Below the pieces are notes generated by a model. It did no database searches, was not told where the DNA came from, and saw only the letters and a list, made by a program, of their open reading frames with translations. Of a stretch of DNA of 64,000 nt, positions 53,097 to 64,000 are shown piece after piece. Source of the DNA: Eledone cirrhosa (lineage: Eukaryota); the NCBI GenBank assembly GCA_964016885.1, contig OZ024746.1, forward strand, positions 90,892,001 to 90,956,000, read 5' to 3'. The position numbers were made by a program, and so were the translations under genes. Within the stretch, counting starts at the first letter, position 1. Each line of letters begins with the position of its first letter.

Positions 53097-53133
<37 letters not shown>

Positions 53134-53236
53134 ACGGGGGGGACTTACAGAATTAACACAGGTAGATAGATAGATAGATAGATAGATAAATTTCTTTATT
53201 AGCCACAAGGGCACAAAAGAAGGGGACAAAGGTCAA

Positions 53237-53424
53237 TAATTGTTTCTACTTTTGGCACAAGGCCTGCAATTACCCAGTGTATTACTGGTACTTTATTTTA
53301 TCGATCCCGTAAGGATGAAAGGCAAAGTTAACCGCGGCGGGATTTGAACTCTGATCATAAAGGGACGTAACTCTATTCTTCAAAGCATGGTGTCCGACTC
53401 TCTACCGATACTGCCAATCCACCG
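53237..53424 (-). mobile_element. SINE family A
   Basis: Reverse complement of the family A sequence; followed by a small SINE-derived palindrome at 53437-53481. Confidence 0.85.
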
Positions 53425-53623
53425 TCTTTCTAGACTGGTACTTTTATTATTGACCTTACAAGGTCAATAATAAAAGTACCAATCTGGTACTGGGGTCGAT
53501 TCTACCTTTCTATAACTCTTTCTCATTTCCTCTCTCTTACTTTCTATCTCTTTCTCTGGATGAATTCTGCCATACTCAGGCCTGTAAATGAAGTGATTAA
53601 TCTCATTTGCATATATATATATG

Positions 53624-53804
<181 letters not shown>

Positions 53805-54110
53805 GTAAAAGGTAAACAGAAATAACAACACAATCGGTACAGTATATATTAGGTTAACGCTTGATATAGCAGGAAGAGGGTCTTAAAGTTTCGGACGCTA
53901 GTCCTTCATCAGAAGAAAGAATGAGAAATAAGATAGATTGAAGGGGGACGGGCGGGTTGGAATTAGTCTCTGGTTAGTAAATCAGAGGTGTGATTTATTG
54001 GTGGTCAGTATTCCGAGGAAACAGGGATATTTAAAGTAGATGTTGGTTAATAATAGTTGAGATAGCAGTAGATTAATGTTCAGCATTCTCGTGTAGCACC
54101 CATCACCATC
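53805..54110 (-). mobile_element. Penelope pLTR 3' end of the (CA)n-targeting family
   Basis: Homologous to 7040-7229; 3' end abuts (GT)n on plus. Confidence 0.75.
53881..53916 (-). ncRNA. Minimal type I hammerhead ribozyme
   Basis: Minus: TCTT CTGATGA A GGAC tagc GTCC GAAA CT TT AAGA. Confidence 0.75.
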
Positions 54111-54134
54111 TGAGTGAGTTTCTTGGTCAGTGTC

Positions 54135-54410
54135 CAAGTCTCAAAAGTGACACAGAGGAGAGTGAGGTTAGCTGGACATGCTCACCGACATCCAGAGTTG
54201 ACATTGCACTCAGTGCTCCTGTGGGAGCCCCTACATGGACACACTAGAAGAGGAAGACCAAGGTTAACGTATGTTGATGCCCTAAGGACAGACACTGGTC
54301 TGTTGGAGATGCAGGACATGGCAGCGATAATGAGGGACAGAGACCGCTGGAGAGAACTCGTCCATGGATCTCGGGAATTTTACCCGCCCTGGATAGATAG
54401 ATAGATAGCA
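54135..54410 (+). mobile_element. RTE/RTEX-like LINE 3' end with (GATA)n tail
   Basis: QRRVRLAGHAHRH...LWEP.HG...RGRPRLTYVD.L..DTG...MRDRDRW. Confidence 0.85.
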
Positions 54411-54591
54411 GTAGAGGTGTGAGAGATGAGGCGAACAATAAGAGTAGGCATCATAGAAGTTTCCATCTGTGAAGCATGGGTCATAAAGTCACAGGTTGGG
54501 TTGATGCCCAGTGAAAGAAGGAGAATCGCGAGAAAATAGAAAACAACAAAAAACACTGGAGTTAATCCAGATGCGTTAAATTGTTTAAAAG

Positions 54592-54634
<43 letters not shown>

Positions 54635-54671
54635 TATACATACACGCACATATATATATATATATACACAC

Positions 54672-55050
54672 ATGGTGGTGATGGTGGTGGTGGGTGGCGG
54701 TGGTAGTGGTGCTGGTGATGATGGTGGCGGTGGTGGTGGTGGTGGTGGCGGTAGTGTCGTTGATGATGGTGGAGGTGATGGTGATGACGGTGGTGATGGT
54801 GGTGACGGTGGTGGTAGTGGTGGTGGTGGTGGTGATGACGATGGTGGTGATGGTGGTGGTGGTAGTAGTGGTATTGATGATGGTGGAGGTGGCGGTGATG
54901 ATGGTGGTGATGACGGTGGTGGTGATGGTGGTGATGGTGGTGGTAATGGTGGTGATGATGGTGGTGGTGGTGGTGGTGGTGGTGACGATGCTGGTGGTGG
55001 AGGTAGTGGCGTTGATGATGGTGGTGGTGGTGGTGGTGGTGGTGGAGCGG
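54672..55050. repeat. (GGT/GAT)n trinucleotide repeat
   Basis: Direct inspection. Confidence 0.95.
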
Positions 55051-55403
55051 TAGTTTTGGCAGCTGGAGGTCTGCTGATAGAACTGTCAGGATTGTGAAGC
55101 CAGAGAAAGCATGATTCAGAAAAGTTGGCTCAGATGTGTTTGGCCAACGACCAGAATGCTGGGCTGCAGTAAAAGATGGGAATTTGTTGGCGGGTATGTT
55201 AGGAACATCGTTTACATCTTTCCAACAGATGTAGAGCAATACGTCAAGTTTATAAACTGAAGAGAAGTGTGTTCTTACGGAGGAAAGAAACTATATCCCC
55301 CCAGGAGAGAGAGGCCGATGAAAATATCCGTTGTAAGTTCACATTTCTGATAACGTGAGTGCGACACGAAAAGACAAAGGAAAAATATAGAAATCGATAT
55401 GTA

Positions 55404-55445
<42 letters not shown>

Positions 55446-55462
55446 ATATATATATATATATA

Positions 55463-55538
<76 letters not shown>

Positions 55539-55680
55539 CAGTAATGAGAGGAAATGGAGCTCTAGATAGTGGGATAGAGAGATATAAAATGTAGGAAATG
55601 AAAAAAAAAGGACGAGGAAAACGAATGAGAGAAAAAAAGGGGAAGATGAAGAGTGAGAGAGAGAGATAGAGACAGAGGGA

Positions 55681-55712
<32 letters not shown>

Positions 55713-55894
55713 ATCTCAATTGTACTTTTGTATTCGCCCACTGAACTGCTTCGAATTTTCATACAACCTATCTTTATTTCTCATTCTCCATGTCAGTATT
55801 TCCCAGCCCCTCTCTCTCCCCTCTCTCTCTGTCTTTCTCTGTCTTTCTGTCTCTCTGTCTCTCTCTCTGTCCCCCTCTCTGTCCCCTTATCTCT

Positions 55895-56110
55895 CCCTCT
55901 CTCTCTCTCCTTCACTGTCTATCTTTCAATCTCTCCCATCTAGCTCCAGCTCGCTTTACCCCCCTCTCTCTCTCTCTCTCCCTCTCTCCCTCTCCTTCAC
56001 TGCCTATCTTTCCATCTCTCCCATCTAGCTCCAGCTCGCCTTACCCCCCCCCCCTCTCTCTCTCCTTCACTGTCTATCTTTCCATCTCTCCCATCTAGCT
56101 CCTGCTCGCC

Positions 56111-56171
<61 letters not shown>

Positions 56172-56240
56172 TCACTGTCTATCTTTCCATCTCTCCCATC
56201 TAGCTCCAGCTCGCCTTACACCCTCTCTCTCTCTCTCTCT
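55895..56240. repeat. Composite tandem repeat: 4 copies of a ~55-bp core plus variable (CT)n
   Basis: Core CTCCTTCACTGTCTATCTTTCCATCTCTCCCATCTAGCTCCAGCTCGCCTTACCCC. Confidence 0.9.
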
Positions 56241-56561
56241 ACTATTTTACCCCTTCCTATAGTGCCAGAATAGCTTAGCTTCCTTCGTACAACGTGACAA
56301 GCTTTCGCTAGTTAATCTCGGCTGATGATTATTTCAGCTATTGATCTTTCCGTGTAATGATTTCCGACAGGTGACAAGTTGCTATGGCCACCCTCACACT
56401 CCACCCCTTCAACATATTTCATCTCGACTCCATCTCGACTCCATGTTCCATTTCATAACTTTGTCAGAAGACCATCTCCGGCTGGGTTTTTAGAAGTGTT
56501 TACCTCACTCTATATCACACACACACACACATACTCTCTCTCTCTCATACACACACATACT

Positions 56562-56597
<36 letters not shown>

Positions 56598-56621
56598 CTC
56601 TCTCTCACACACACACACATA

Positions 56622-56669
<48 letters not shown>

Positions 56670-56825
56670 CTCTCTCATACACTCTCTCTCACACACACAT
56701 ACTCTCTCTCTCTCATACACACACATACTCTCTCACACACACGCATACACACACTCTCTCTCTCACACACACACACACATATTCTCTCTCTCTCTCACAG
56801 ACACGCAATCTCTCTCACAGACACA

Positions 56826-56864
<39 letters not shown>

Positions 56865-56917
56865 ATTCTCTCTCTCTCTCACAGACACGCAATCTCTCTC
56901 ACACACACACAGACACA

Positions 56918-56948
<31 letters not shown>

Positions 56949-57029
56949 TCTCTCCCTCTCTCTCACACACACACACACATATTCTCTCTCTCTCTCACAG
57001 ACACGCAATCTCTCTCACACACACACAGA

Positions 57030-57114
<85 letters not shown>

Positions 57115-57223
57115 TCTCTCTCTCTCTTATACACACATTTTATCTATCTGCCTGTCTATCCCTCAGTCTATCCAGTATATATATTTATAGCTTATCAATC
57201 ACTCCGTCATCCTACCCGCCCTC

Positions 57224-57322
<99 letters not shown>

Positions 57323-57401
57323 TCTTACCACTAGGCCACGTGTCTCCACTATATACATATATATATATATGTGTGTGTGTGTGTGTATGTATATATATAT
57401 A

Positions 57402-57683
57402 GTGGAGGCACGTGGCCTAGTGGTAAGAGTGTTGGACTTACGATCATAATGTTGTGGGTTCGATTCCTGGGCTGCGTGTTGTGTTCTTGAGCAAGACACT
57501 TCATTTCACGTTCCTCCAGTATACTCAGCTGAAAATGTGTACCAGCAATAGCTGGAGGTTTAACCCTGCGATGGACTGGCGTCCTGTCCAGGGTAGGGGG
57601 AGTCTTGTACTCTCAGTCGCTTCGCGCCATGAAACCGGGATAAGCACCGGCCAAATGAGCCTTCTGGCTTAAGACAGACTTTA
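57402..57683 (+). mobile_element. Full-length SINE family B
   Basis: A box TGGCCTAGTGG, B box GGTTCGATTCC, CORE-like TGTGTTCTTGAGCAAGACACTT, V-domain-like CCTGCGATGGACTGGCGTCCTGTCCAGGG. Confidence 0.85.
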
Positions 57684-57711
57684 GATATGTATGTATATAT
57701 ATATATATATA

Positions 57712-58426
57712 CTAGCTAAACTACCCGTCCTTTTAGACGGTTCAAGTAGCTTTCGATGTAGCTCATTAAACTAAACAAAGTAAATTTGAATACATAGAAG
57801 AAAAACGTACTTTACGTAAACATGAAAACCTTAGGCACTATTCCAGCGAAATAATTAATATGTGAGCTCGGTGTCATCCGTTATACCATGTCACAACAGA
57901 AATCCAGTCTAGGTATAAATGTTTTTAACAACAGTAAAAGCGAAGTGAAGTGAATAATAGACACTATTATGTACAAAGCATAATATTGTAAAGTTATGAC
58001 ATCACTTAATGTATGAACATCAAGCTTGAAACGATAAATTATACAATGTCAAATCTATAACTTAACTTAGTAATCTGTTAGAAATTGCTGGTTGTGAAAT
58101 ATACAAAATGATATTGTTAGTCTCAAGGAAGCGTACCTTTTGTTTCAAGTACAAAGAGTAAATCAAAATCCGAATACGCCGAATTACGAAAGATAACTCT
58201 TGTCTTACTTAATCACGAAAATTCACACAAATAACCGAAACTTTTTTAATGTCTCCAAAGGCCCCAATATCGATTTTTGAAAGCCTTTGTAAATCATGTG
58301 CAGGTTTTGTGCAAGAAGAACTGTAAAAAAATTCAAAGAAATCGCATATGATTTAGAATATATGAGCCCTCATTAAAAATTGTCCACACACACATACAGA
58401 AAACTTCGTCTTTATATATATACAGA
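57712..58426 (-). mobile_element. Complete non-autonomous Helitron
   Basis: Minus: A|TCTGTATATATATAAAG 5' end; 3' CCGTC-taaaag-GACGG hairpin then CTAG|T. Confidence 0.8.
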
Positions 58427-58444
58427 TATATATATATATATATA

Positions 58445-59069
58445 TAAATTTGGAAGAAACAAGGAGTTGTGTGGTTACTTGATAAAGTGTAGTTAAAAAT
58501 AAAAGGAAAGTACAGACGGGGGAACAGTCCCTTCTACTGTGGTGTGTTGGAGATCACGGACATTTCAACATATAAAAGACAATATAGTTAACTCCGTCAA
58601 TAACTTGTGGAAGTTATTGGGGGAAAAGGAGAGAGAGAAAAAATTAAACCGAAAGGAAAAAACTGCAGAGAACATACTGGAAAAGAGGGGAATACGAAGA
58701 GAGCATATGTATGTATATAAGTAACCGGAAGTAACCACACAGCTCCCTCTTTCTTCCAAATTGTTATTAATTTTATGCTGTGACCTGTTCTTTCTCTCTA
58801 TTTACTTTGTTGCTATTAACTCTTTCCCTTTCTTTCTTTCTCTCCCTTTCTCTCTCTCTCTCTCTCTCTTTTCTTTCTCTCCCTTTCTCTCTCTCGCCTC
58901 TCTCTCTCCCTCTCACTCTCCTTCTCTCTGCTCCCATACTACTTCCGTTTTCTCTCGTCTCTGCCTCCTTTCGTCAACTTTTGCCGAGGTTAGACTTTTT
59001 TTTCTTCTCTTTCCCTAATTCACCGTCAAAAAAAGCCTCGGACTTATGTTCAGTAGCAGTTTCTCTCTC

Positions 59070-59137
<68 letters not shown>

Positions 59138-59377
59138 CCTCTCTCTCTCCCGGTTACTTATATACATACATATGCTCTCCTCGTGTTCCCTTCTTTTCCA
59201 GTATGTTCTCTGTGTTTTTCCTTTTTTCCCTTCAGTTTAATTTTTTCTCTCTCTCCCCTTTCCCCCAATAACTTCCACAAGTTATTGACGGAGTTAGCTA
59301 TATTGTCTTTATGGGTTGAAATGTCCGAGATCTCCAACAGACAACAGTAGAAGGGACTGTCCCCCGACTGTGCTTTC

Positions 59378-59381
<4 letters not shown>
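58445..59381. mobile_element. Fold-back element with ~230-bp inverted arms in (TA)n
   Basis: 58500-58728 vs 59151-59381; secondary IR 58450-58480/58729-58759; CT-rich spacer. Confidence 0.75.
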
Positions 59382-59436
<55 letters not shown>

Positions 59437-59528
59437 CAAAGAAAGTGTAAGGAACCAGGTAGACCATAGCACACCAGAGTACTCGATACTTAGGGTAGTA
59501 GAGTGGATAAGAGGAAAAGAGTCAGGAC

Positions 59529-59591
<63 letters not shown>

Positions 59592-59962
59592 TATATCCTC
59601 TAAATGGTCTTAATCATCGGACAGCGCTCATACTGGAGCAACAAATTTATAGTTTTTATCATACCAATACCAGTACATATTTCAGCCTGGTAATTTATCG
59701 AGCTCTATTTGTCGAACGGCTAGCACACAGGACATGAAGTTACGTGGCATATGCCGCCCACACACACATCTCTCTCTCTCTCTATATATATATATATAAG
59801 AGTTTAGATCGATATATATATTTATGGGCCCCCGAACTCACGAAAGTTTGCGCCTCGGTGGGATTAGAACTTAGAGCACGAAGATCCGGAACAAATATTG
59901 CCAAGTTTTCCGTCTAACGTCTCAGTTAGTTAACATTCTAGTCAGGGATCTCATTATAATAT

Positions 59963-60130
59963 GGTAGATTGGCAGAATCGGTAGAGCGTCGGACAACATG
60001 CTTTGCGGCATAGAGTTTCGTCTCTTTACGTTCTGAGTTCAAATCCCACCGAGGTTGACTTTGTCGTTCATCCTTACAGGGTCAATAGAATAAAGTACCA
60101 GTAATGTACTGAGGTCGATATAATCGACCC
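59963..60130 (+). mobile_element. SINE family A
   Basis: Homologous to 1680-1897. Confidence 0.85.
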
Positions 60131-60293
60131 CCCCCCCCCCCCCGCCAGCCCCCTAAATCAGAAACTAATATCTACACCTATCGTTGGTAGCAGATTCTCC
60201 TCTCTTTAAATTTATGTCGATTTAAGTAGTTTAAGTCTTGGAGGAAATAATTTGAAATGATGTGTAATGGAGTTGCCTCAGCAACTGTTCAAC

Positions 60294-60580
60294 AGATTGG
60301 CAGAGGTATACTGATGAAGGGTAATGACCCAGAAACATGTTGTGTGTTCCTCAGTGCCTGTGTTGGACAAACGGATGACGATTTGTCATCGGTACGGCAC
60401 AGCTTTAATCGGCAGGTTCGGACGCCATGCTTTGCAGCAAAGAGTTACGGCCCTTTATGGTCTGAGTTCAAATCCCGCCGAGGTTAACTTTGCCTTTCAT
60501 CCTTACGGGGTCCATAAAATAAAGTACCAGTAATACACTGAGATAATTGCTGGCTTTGTGCCAAAAGTAGAAACAATTAT
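60294..60580 (+). mobile_element. SINE family A apparently interrupted near its 5' end by an HHR-bearing insert
   Basis: AGATTGGCAGA (60294-60304), ~100-bp insert, then ATCGGCAGGTTCGGACGCCATGC resumes the SINE. Confidence 0.65.
60307..60345 (+). ncRNA. Hammerhead-like core with poor stem I
   Basis: CTGATGA A GGGT aatg ACCC A GAAA CATG TT; palindromic ACATGT stem III. Confidence 0.55.
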
Positions 60581-60837
60581 TGTTAATGTTCGATATAACC
60601 CATACGTACATATGTATATGTAAATATGTGTGTGTGTATATATATGTATGTGTGTGTGTGTGCGCGTATGTGTGAATGTGTGTATGTGTGTGTGAAGGTG
60701 TGTGTGTGTATATACGCGCGCACGCGCGTGTGTGTGTGTTTATGCTTCACCATGTTCATAGTCTAATGCCTAAAACTGGTAAAATAAAAGAAAAACAAAT
60801 TGTATCTGTGTATGGATGCATGTATGTGTGTGCATGT

Positions 60838-60874
<37 letters not shown>

Positions 60875-60877
60875 TGT

Positions 60878-60993
<116 letters not shown>

Positions 60994-61219
60994 ATGTGTG
61001 TGTGTGAGTGTCGATATAGCATTTTTCAAATTCTTCACATATTTGTAGATAAGCCGATGATACTCAACATTCATTCTATGGAAATATTTTACCATATCTT
61101 GTTTCCCTAGCGGTTCTAAGATCCTGTCCCCCTGGGTATCGACCTTTCAGGGCCAATCAATTAATTCTATCCCATTGGCACTGTCTCTACTATTAGACGT
61201 AAATGCTGCGCTAAAAGAG

Positions 61220-61430
61220 TTATTTAGACGTTTGTAGTATTTTTAAAAATATGTTACGGACCCGTCGCTCCTGAGGAGTCGAAGGGGTGCCATATTGACA
61301 TACGGCGTTTCTAAGGCAATTCTTTAAAAACCTGGTTGAGCCCATCTCCTCTCCAGGTCTTAATACAGCATATTTCTTCCAGAAAAGGAAACATTGGTTC
61401 CTTGGTCCGATGTGGAGCTCCACCCCACTC
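61220..61430 (-). pseudogene. Possible LTR-retrotransposon integrase remnant
   Basis: CL..A.CQYGTPST / LRSDG across a frameshift resembles the F..GxPxxLxSDxG integrase motif. Confidence 0.3.
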
Positions 61431-61809
61431 GGTAGGTGATCAAATCCTTTATTTTCCCTTAATGTGATCTGTTCTCACACTAACCAGTGACACGCTCTTC
61501 TTTGACCCCTGTAACGGCCATATTTTTTTTTTTTTTTGTGGTCTTCGTAAATTATATTTTCAGTTTTGCTTTCCTGGTAATAAATTATTAGCAGCCACCA
61601 TGTAGCTAGCAAGGTGTGTGACGCTAATAAATGGGCCTAGGCCTAACATGCACTTGTTGACAGCACAACACATATGGGATGGGAGAGGGAATGTTTTTCT
61701 TGGCAGGAAGAGTAATTCAGGATCTAAAGTGTTCCCTGTTTGACCCCAGGGGTCTATCGCTCTATTTAGACGTTTTATTTTATTTGCATTTTCTGTTCTT
61801 TTTCATGCC

Positions 61810-61867
<58 letters not shown>

Positions 61868-61868
<1 letters not shown>

Positions 61869-62150
61869 AAATATAGAGAAAAATACTGCAGGTAGCACAT
61901 GGATAACATGTAATAAAATGAGTCCCTCATCAGTGATTTGCCGACGATCATAGATATTTCATTGCATTAAAAATCATATACCTCACGTCGGTGCAATAAT
62001 AACCAAAATAAGTTATTAGGACAATTGAAACGCGTAAAGCGAGTGAGACAGGAGAACAACAAAGAGTATAGCTAACCGTAGGGGAAAGAAACAAGCTTCA
62101 AAATTATTCTGTTTAGCATAAGCTAGGTGAATATATGAGCGCTTTAGAAA
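61868..62150 (-). mobile_element. K-family element copy 4 (kink-turn at 61941-61991)
   Basis: Minus: CCGACG-TGA-GGTAT...ATATC-TAT-GA-T-CGTCGG then ATCACTGATGAGGGAC; close to 44945-45080. Confidence 0.7.
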
Positions 62151-62226
62151 TATATATATATATAAAGTGTTCCCTGTTTGACCCCAGGGATCTATCGCTC
62201 TATTTAGACGTTTTATACTTTATATA

Positions 62227-62271
<45 letters not shown>

Positions 62272-62394
62272 AATTACAAAATATGAGGAAATAATAGACA
62301 AAATATACCTTTTTTTCTTCAATGTCCCGACTGCAGTTTCGCCGATAGACACCACACACACACATATACATATGAATATGTGTGTGTATTTCAT

Positions 62395-62445
<51 letters not shown>

Positions 62446-62484
62446 TTCAAAATATTAATAAATATAGACATTCACGTAATCAAA

Positions 62485-62556
62485 ATATATTTTATTATAT
62501 ATATTTCGGAGGTACTGTGTTGCTTTCTCAGTACGTCCTCATCAGATAAAATATAT
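62485..62556 (-). ncRNA. Type I hammerhead ribozyme, intact core
   Basis: Minus: ATATATTTTAT CTGATGA GGAcGTACTG..CAGTACcTCC GAAA TATATA TA ATAAAATATAT; 11-bp stem I. Confidence 0.9.
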
Positions 62557-62631
62557 AAATTGATGTCTGACATACCTCAACTGTACTGATGGTTCAATTC
62601 CAGTCTTGGCAGTGATTAGTTACAACAAAAC

Positions 62632-63190
62632 TCAATATTTATATACCATATGTACTAACATGACAAACGGGCATTTAATGCAGTAAATTAGATTTCTGCT
62701 TTTGCAGTTCATATTTGCATTTGGGAATATTTTTCCAGTTTTTGTTTTCATATATTGACCGGCGTGTATGGGTTGACATGTGCCACATCGACTATCATTG
62801 CATTTAGATACAGTGAATGATTGGTCTTTGTTGTTAAGGTCAAACTTTGCTTTTGTTAGTAATTGCTTCAAATTTTTCTGCTGTCTTTTACTAAGAGTCA
62901 AAGATCGATCTGTGATTAAGCCTTTTAATTCATTACTTTGAGCAATGATCGGTAGGTTTGCTTTGGCAGTGTTGAAGATATTCTGGTGACATGGGTTGTG
63001 TGTCATTATAAATGGTATAACCAGTTCTTGGTTTCTTCTTCCTTGGGTTGTCCTAAGTTGTTGTATAGGTATTTTTATAGCCCGCTGTATGCCATTTTCT
63101 ATAAGTAGAGATGGGTATTTTTGTTTGAGCAAAAATTCTCTTAGTTCTGTTAGGCGTTTGTACCTGGTATTCGTATCTTCTACAATGGTA
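62632..63190 (-). pseudogene. Penelope RT thumb, Cys-linker and start of GIY-YIG endonuclease (truncated)
   Basis: L.QKYP..LIE.GI.RA...IPFI.T.NP...KRQ.KNLKQLL.....KC...RC.TC...NCKSRNLIYCIKC. Confidence 0.85.
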
Positions 63191-63499
63191 CAAATACGAG
63201 TAACAGGTACAAACGCCTAACAGAACTAAGAGAATTTTTGTTCAAACAAAAATACCTATCTCTACTTATAGAAAATGGCATACAGCGGGCTATAAAAATA
63301 CCTATACAACAAGGTATATATGTGTTTTGGTATATATATGTTTTGGCAACTTTTCACGATGTGGCTCAATGGAGAATTAATAAATTAAATAATCAGAGCA
63401 AAATACTATAGAGTAAAGCACGTCCAGAGAATTATTTGATAATATATATACATCATCTCTACTCCCAATCAGCATAATTAACCACACAAAAAAATCAAT

Positions 63500-64000
63500 T
63501 AGACCAGGCTATAAGAATAAAAGGCATCTATGAAGAAACAGTAAATAAATATACCATTGCAGCGTCTTCGCGTCCAACCGCTATAGAATATTTACCCAAC
63601 ATTTCAACAGCACGTGGAAATTAATTAAATATACGGTCAACCACACATAATTAGGTAAAAATTAATGTTAGAAATGCTTATATATACATACCAGGATTAA
63701 ATCACTAAATTCCGACCCTAGGGTTTCGCTCACTTTTGAGATACCTTATTAAGGTTAATACTCGAGTTTTAGAGCTCTTCAGGGGATAAACTCGTTAGTA
63801 ATTTAATCCTGGTATGTATATAAGCATTTCTAACATTCATTTTTACCTAATTATGTATGGTTGACCTATATTTAATTAATTTCCACGTGCTGTTGAAATG
63901 TTGGGTAAATATTCTATAGCGATTGCACGCGAAGACGCCGCAATGGCGTATTTATTTACTGTTTCTTCATAGATGCCTTTTATTCTTATAGCCTGATCTA
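63500..64000. mobile_element. Fold-back element with a single HHR in the loop (runs off the window)
   Basis: 63500-63708 vs 63795-64000 inverted, roughly 90% identical by eye. Confidence 0.8.
63709..63787 (-). ncRNA. Type I hammerhead ribozyme, intact core, GUC site
   Basis: Minus: ATCCC CTGAAGA GCTC..GAGC GAAA CCCTAGGG TC GGAAT. Confidence 0.85.

Larger units (their letters stand above)
62442..63312 (-). mobile_element. Neptune-type Penelope-like element remnant with pLTR HHR and terminal inverted duplication
   Basis: ORF 62632-63132; HHR 62485-62556; IR 63058-63177/63194-63312; 3' end in (TA)n. Confidence 0.85.

Noticed and set aside
55345-55380. CTGATAA-CGTG..CAC-GAAA hammerhead candidate
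   Set aside because: Mutated core and no stem III/UH or stem I
57402-57470. tRNA genes at SINE heads (also 9050-9117 and 12110-12176)
   Set aside because: No closed acceptor stem; sequences continue into SINE bodies

Overview
AT-rich, microsatellite-saturated animal genomic DNA with one 200-N gap (8235-8434). The SINE types and repeat landscape suggest an octopus or other cephalopod; this is inference, not a database result. No intact protein-coding gene is evident. The window holds one canonical tRNA-Arg(CCT), one candidate minus-strand exon, and many transposon remnants (L1/Tx1-like, R4/Dong, RTE, CRE, Penelope-like elements of Neptune and Naiad type, three SINE families, non-autonomous Helitrons, a hAT MITE, a Chapaev3-like relic, a solo LTR), plus several minisatellites. 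The standout signal is RNA-structural: about 19 hammerhead-ribozyme (HHR) motifs, intact to degenerate, read by eye on both strands. Many lie in 300-500-bp non-coding fold-back (palindromic) elements embedded in (TA)n runs, so each strand carries one ribozyme. These cluster in a nested mirror-symmetric block at 38.7-44.1 kb and are linked by sequence to a Neptune-type Penelope ORF remnant at 62.5-63.3 kb. A separate (TA)n-associated family (4 copies) carries a covarying box C/D-type kink-turn next to a half-hammerhead. Most ORFs in the track are microsatellite artefacts. All family assignments rest on motif recognition; no search was run.
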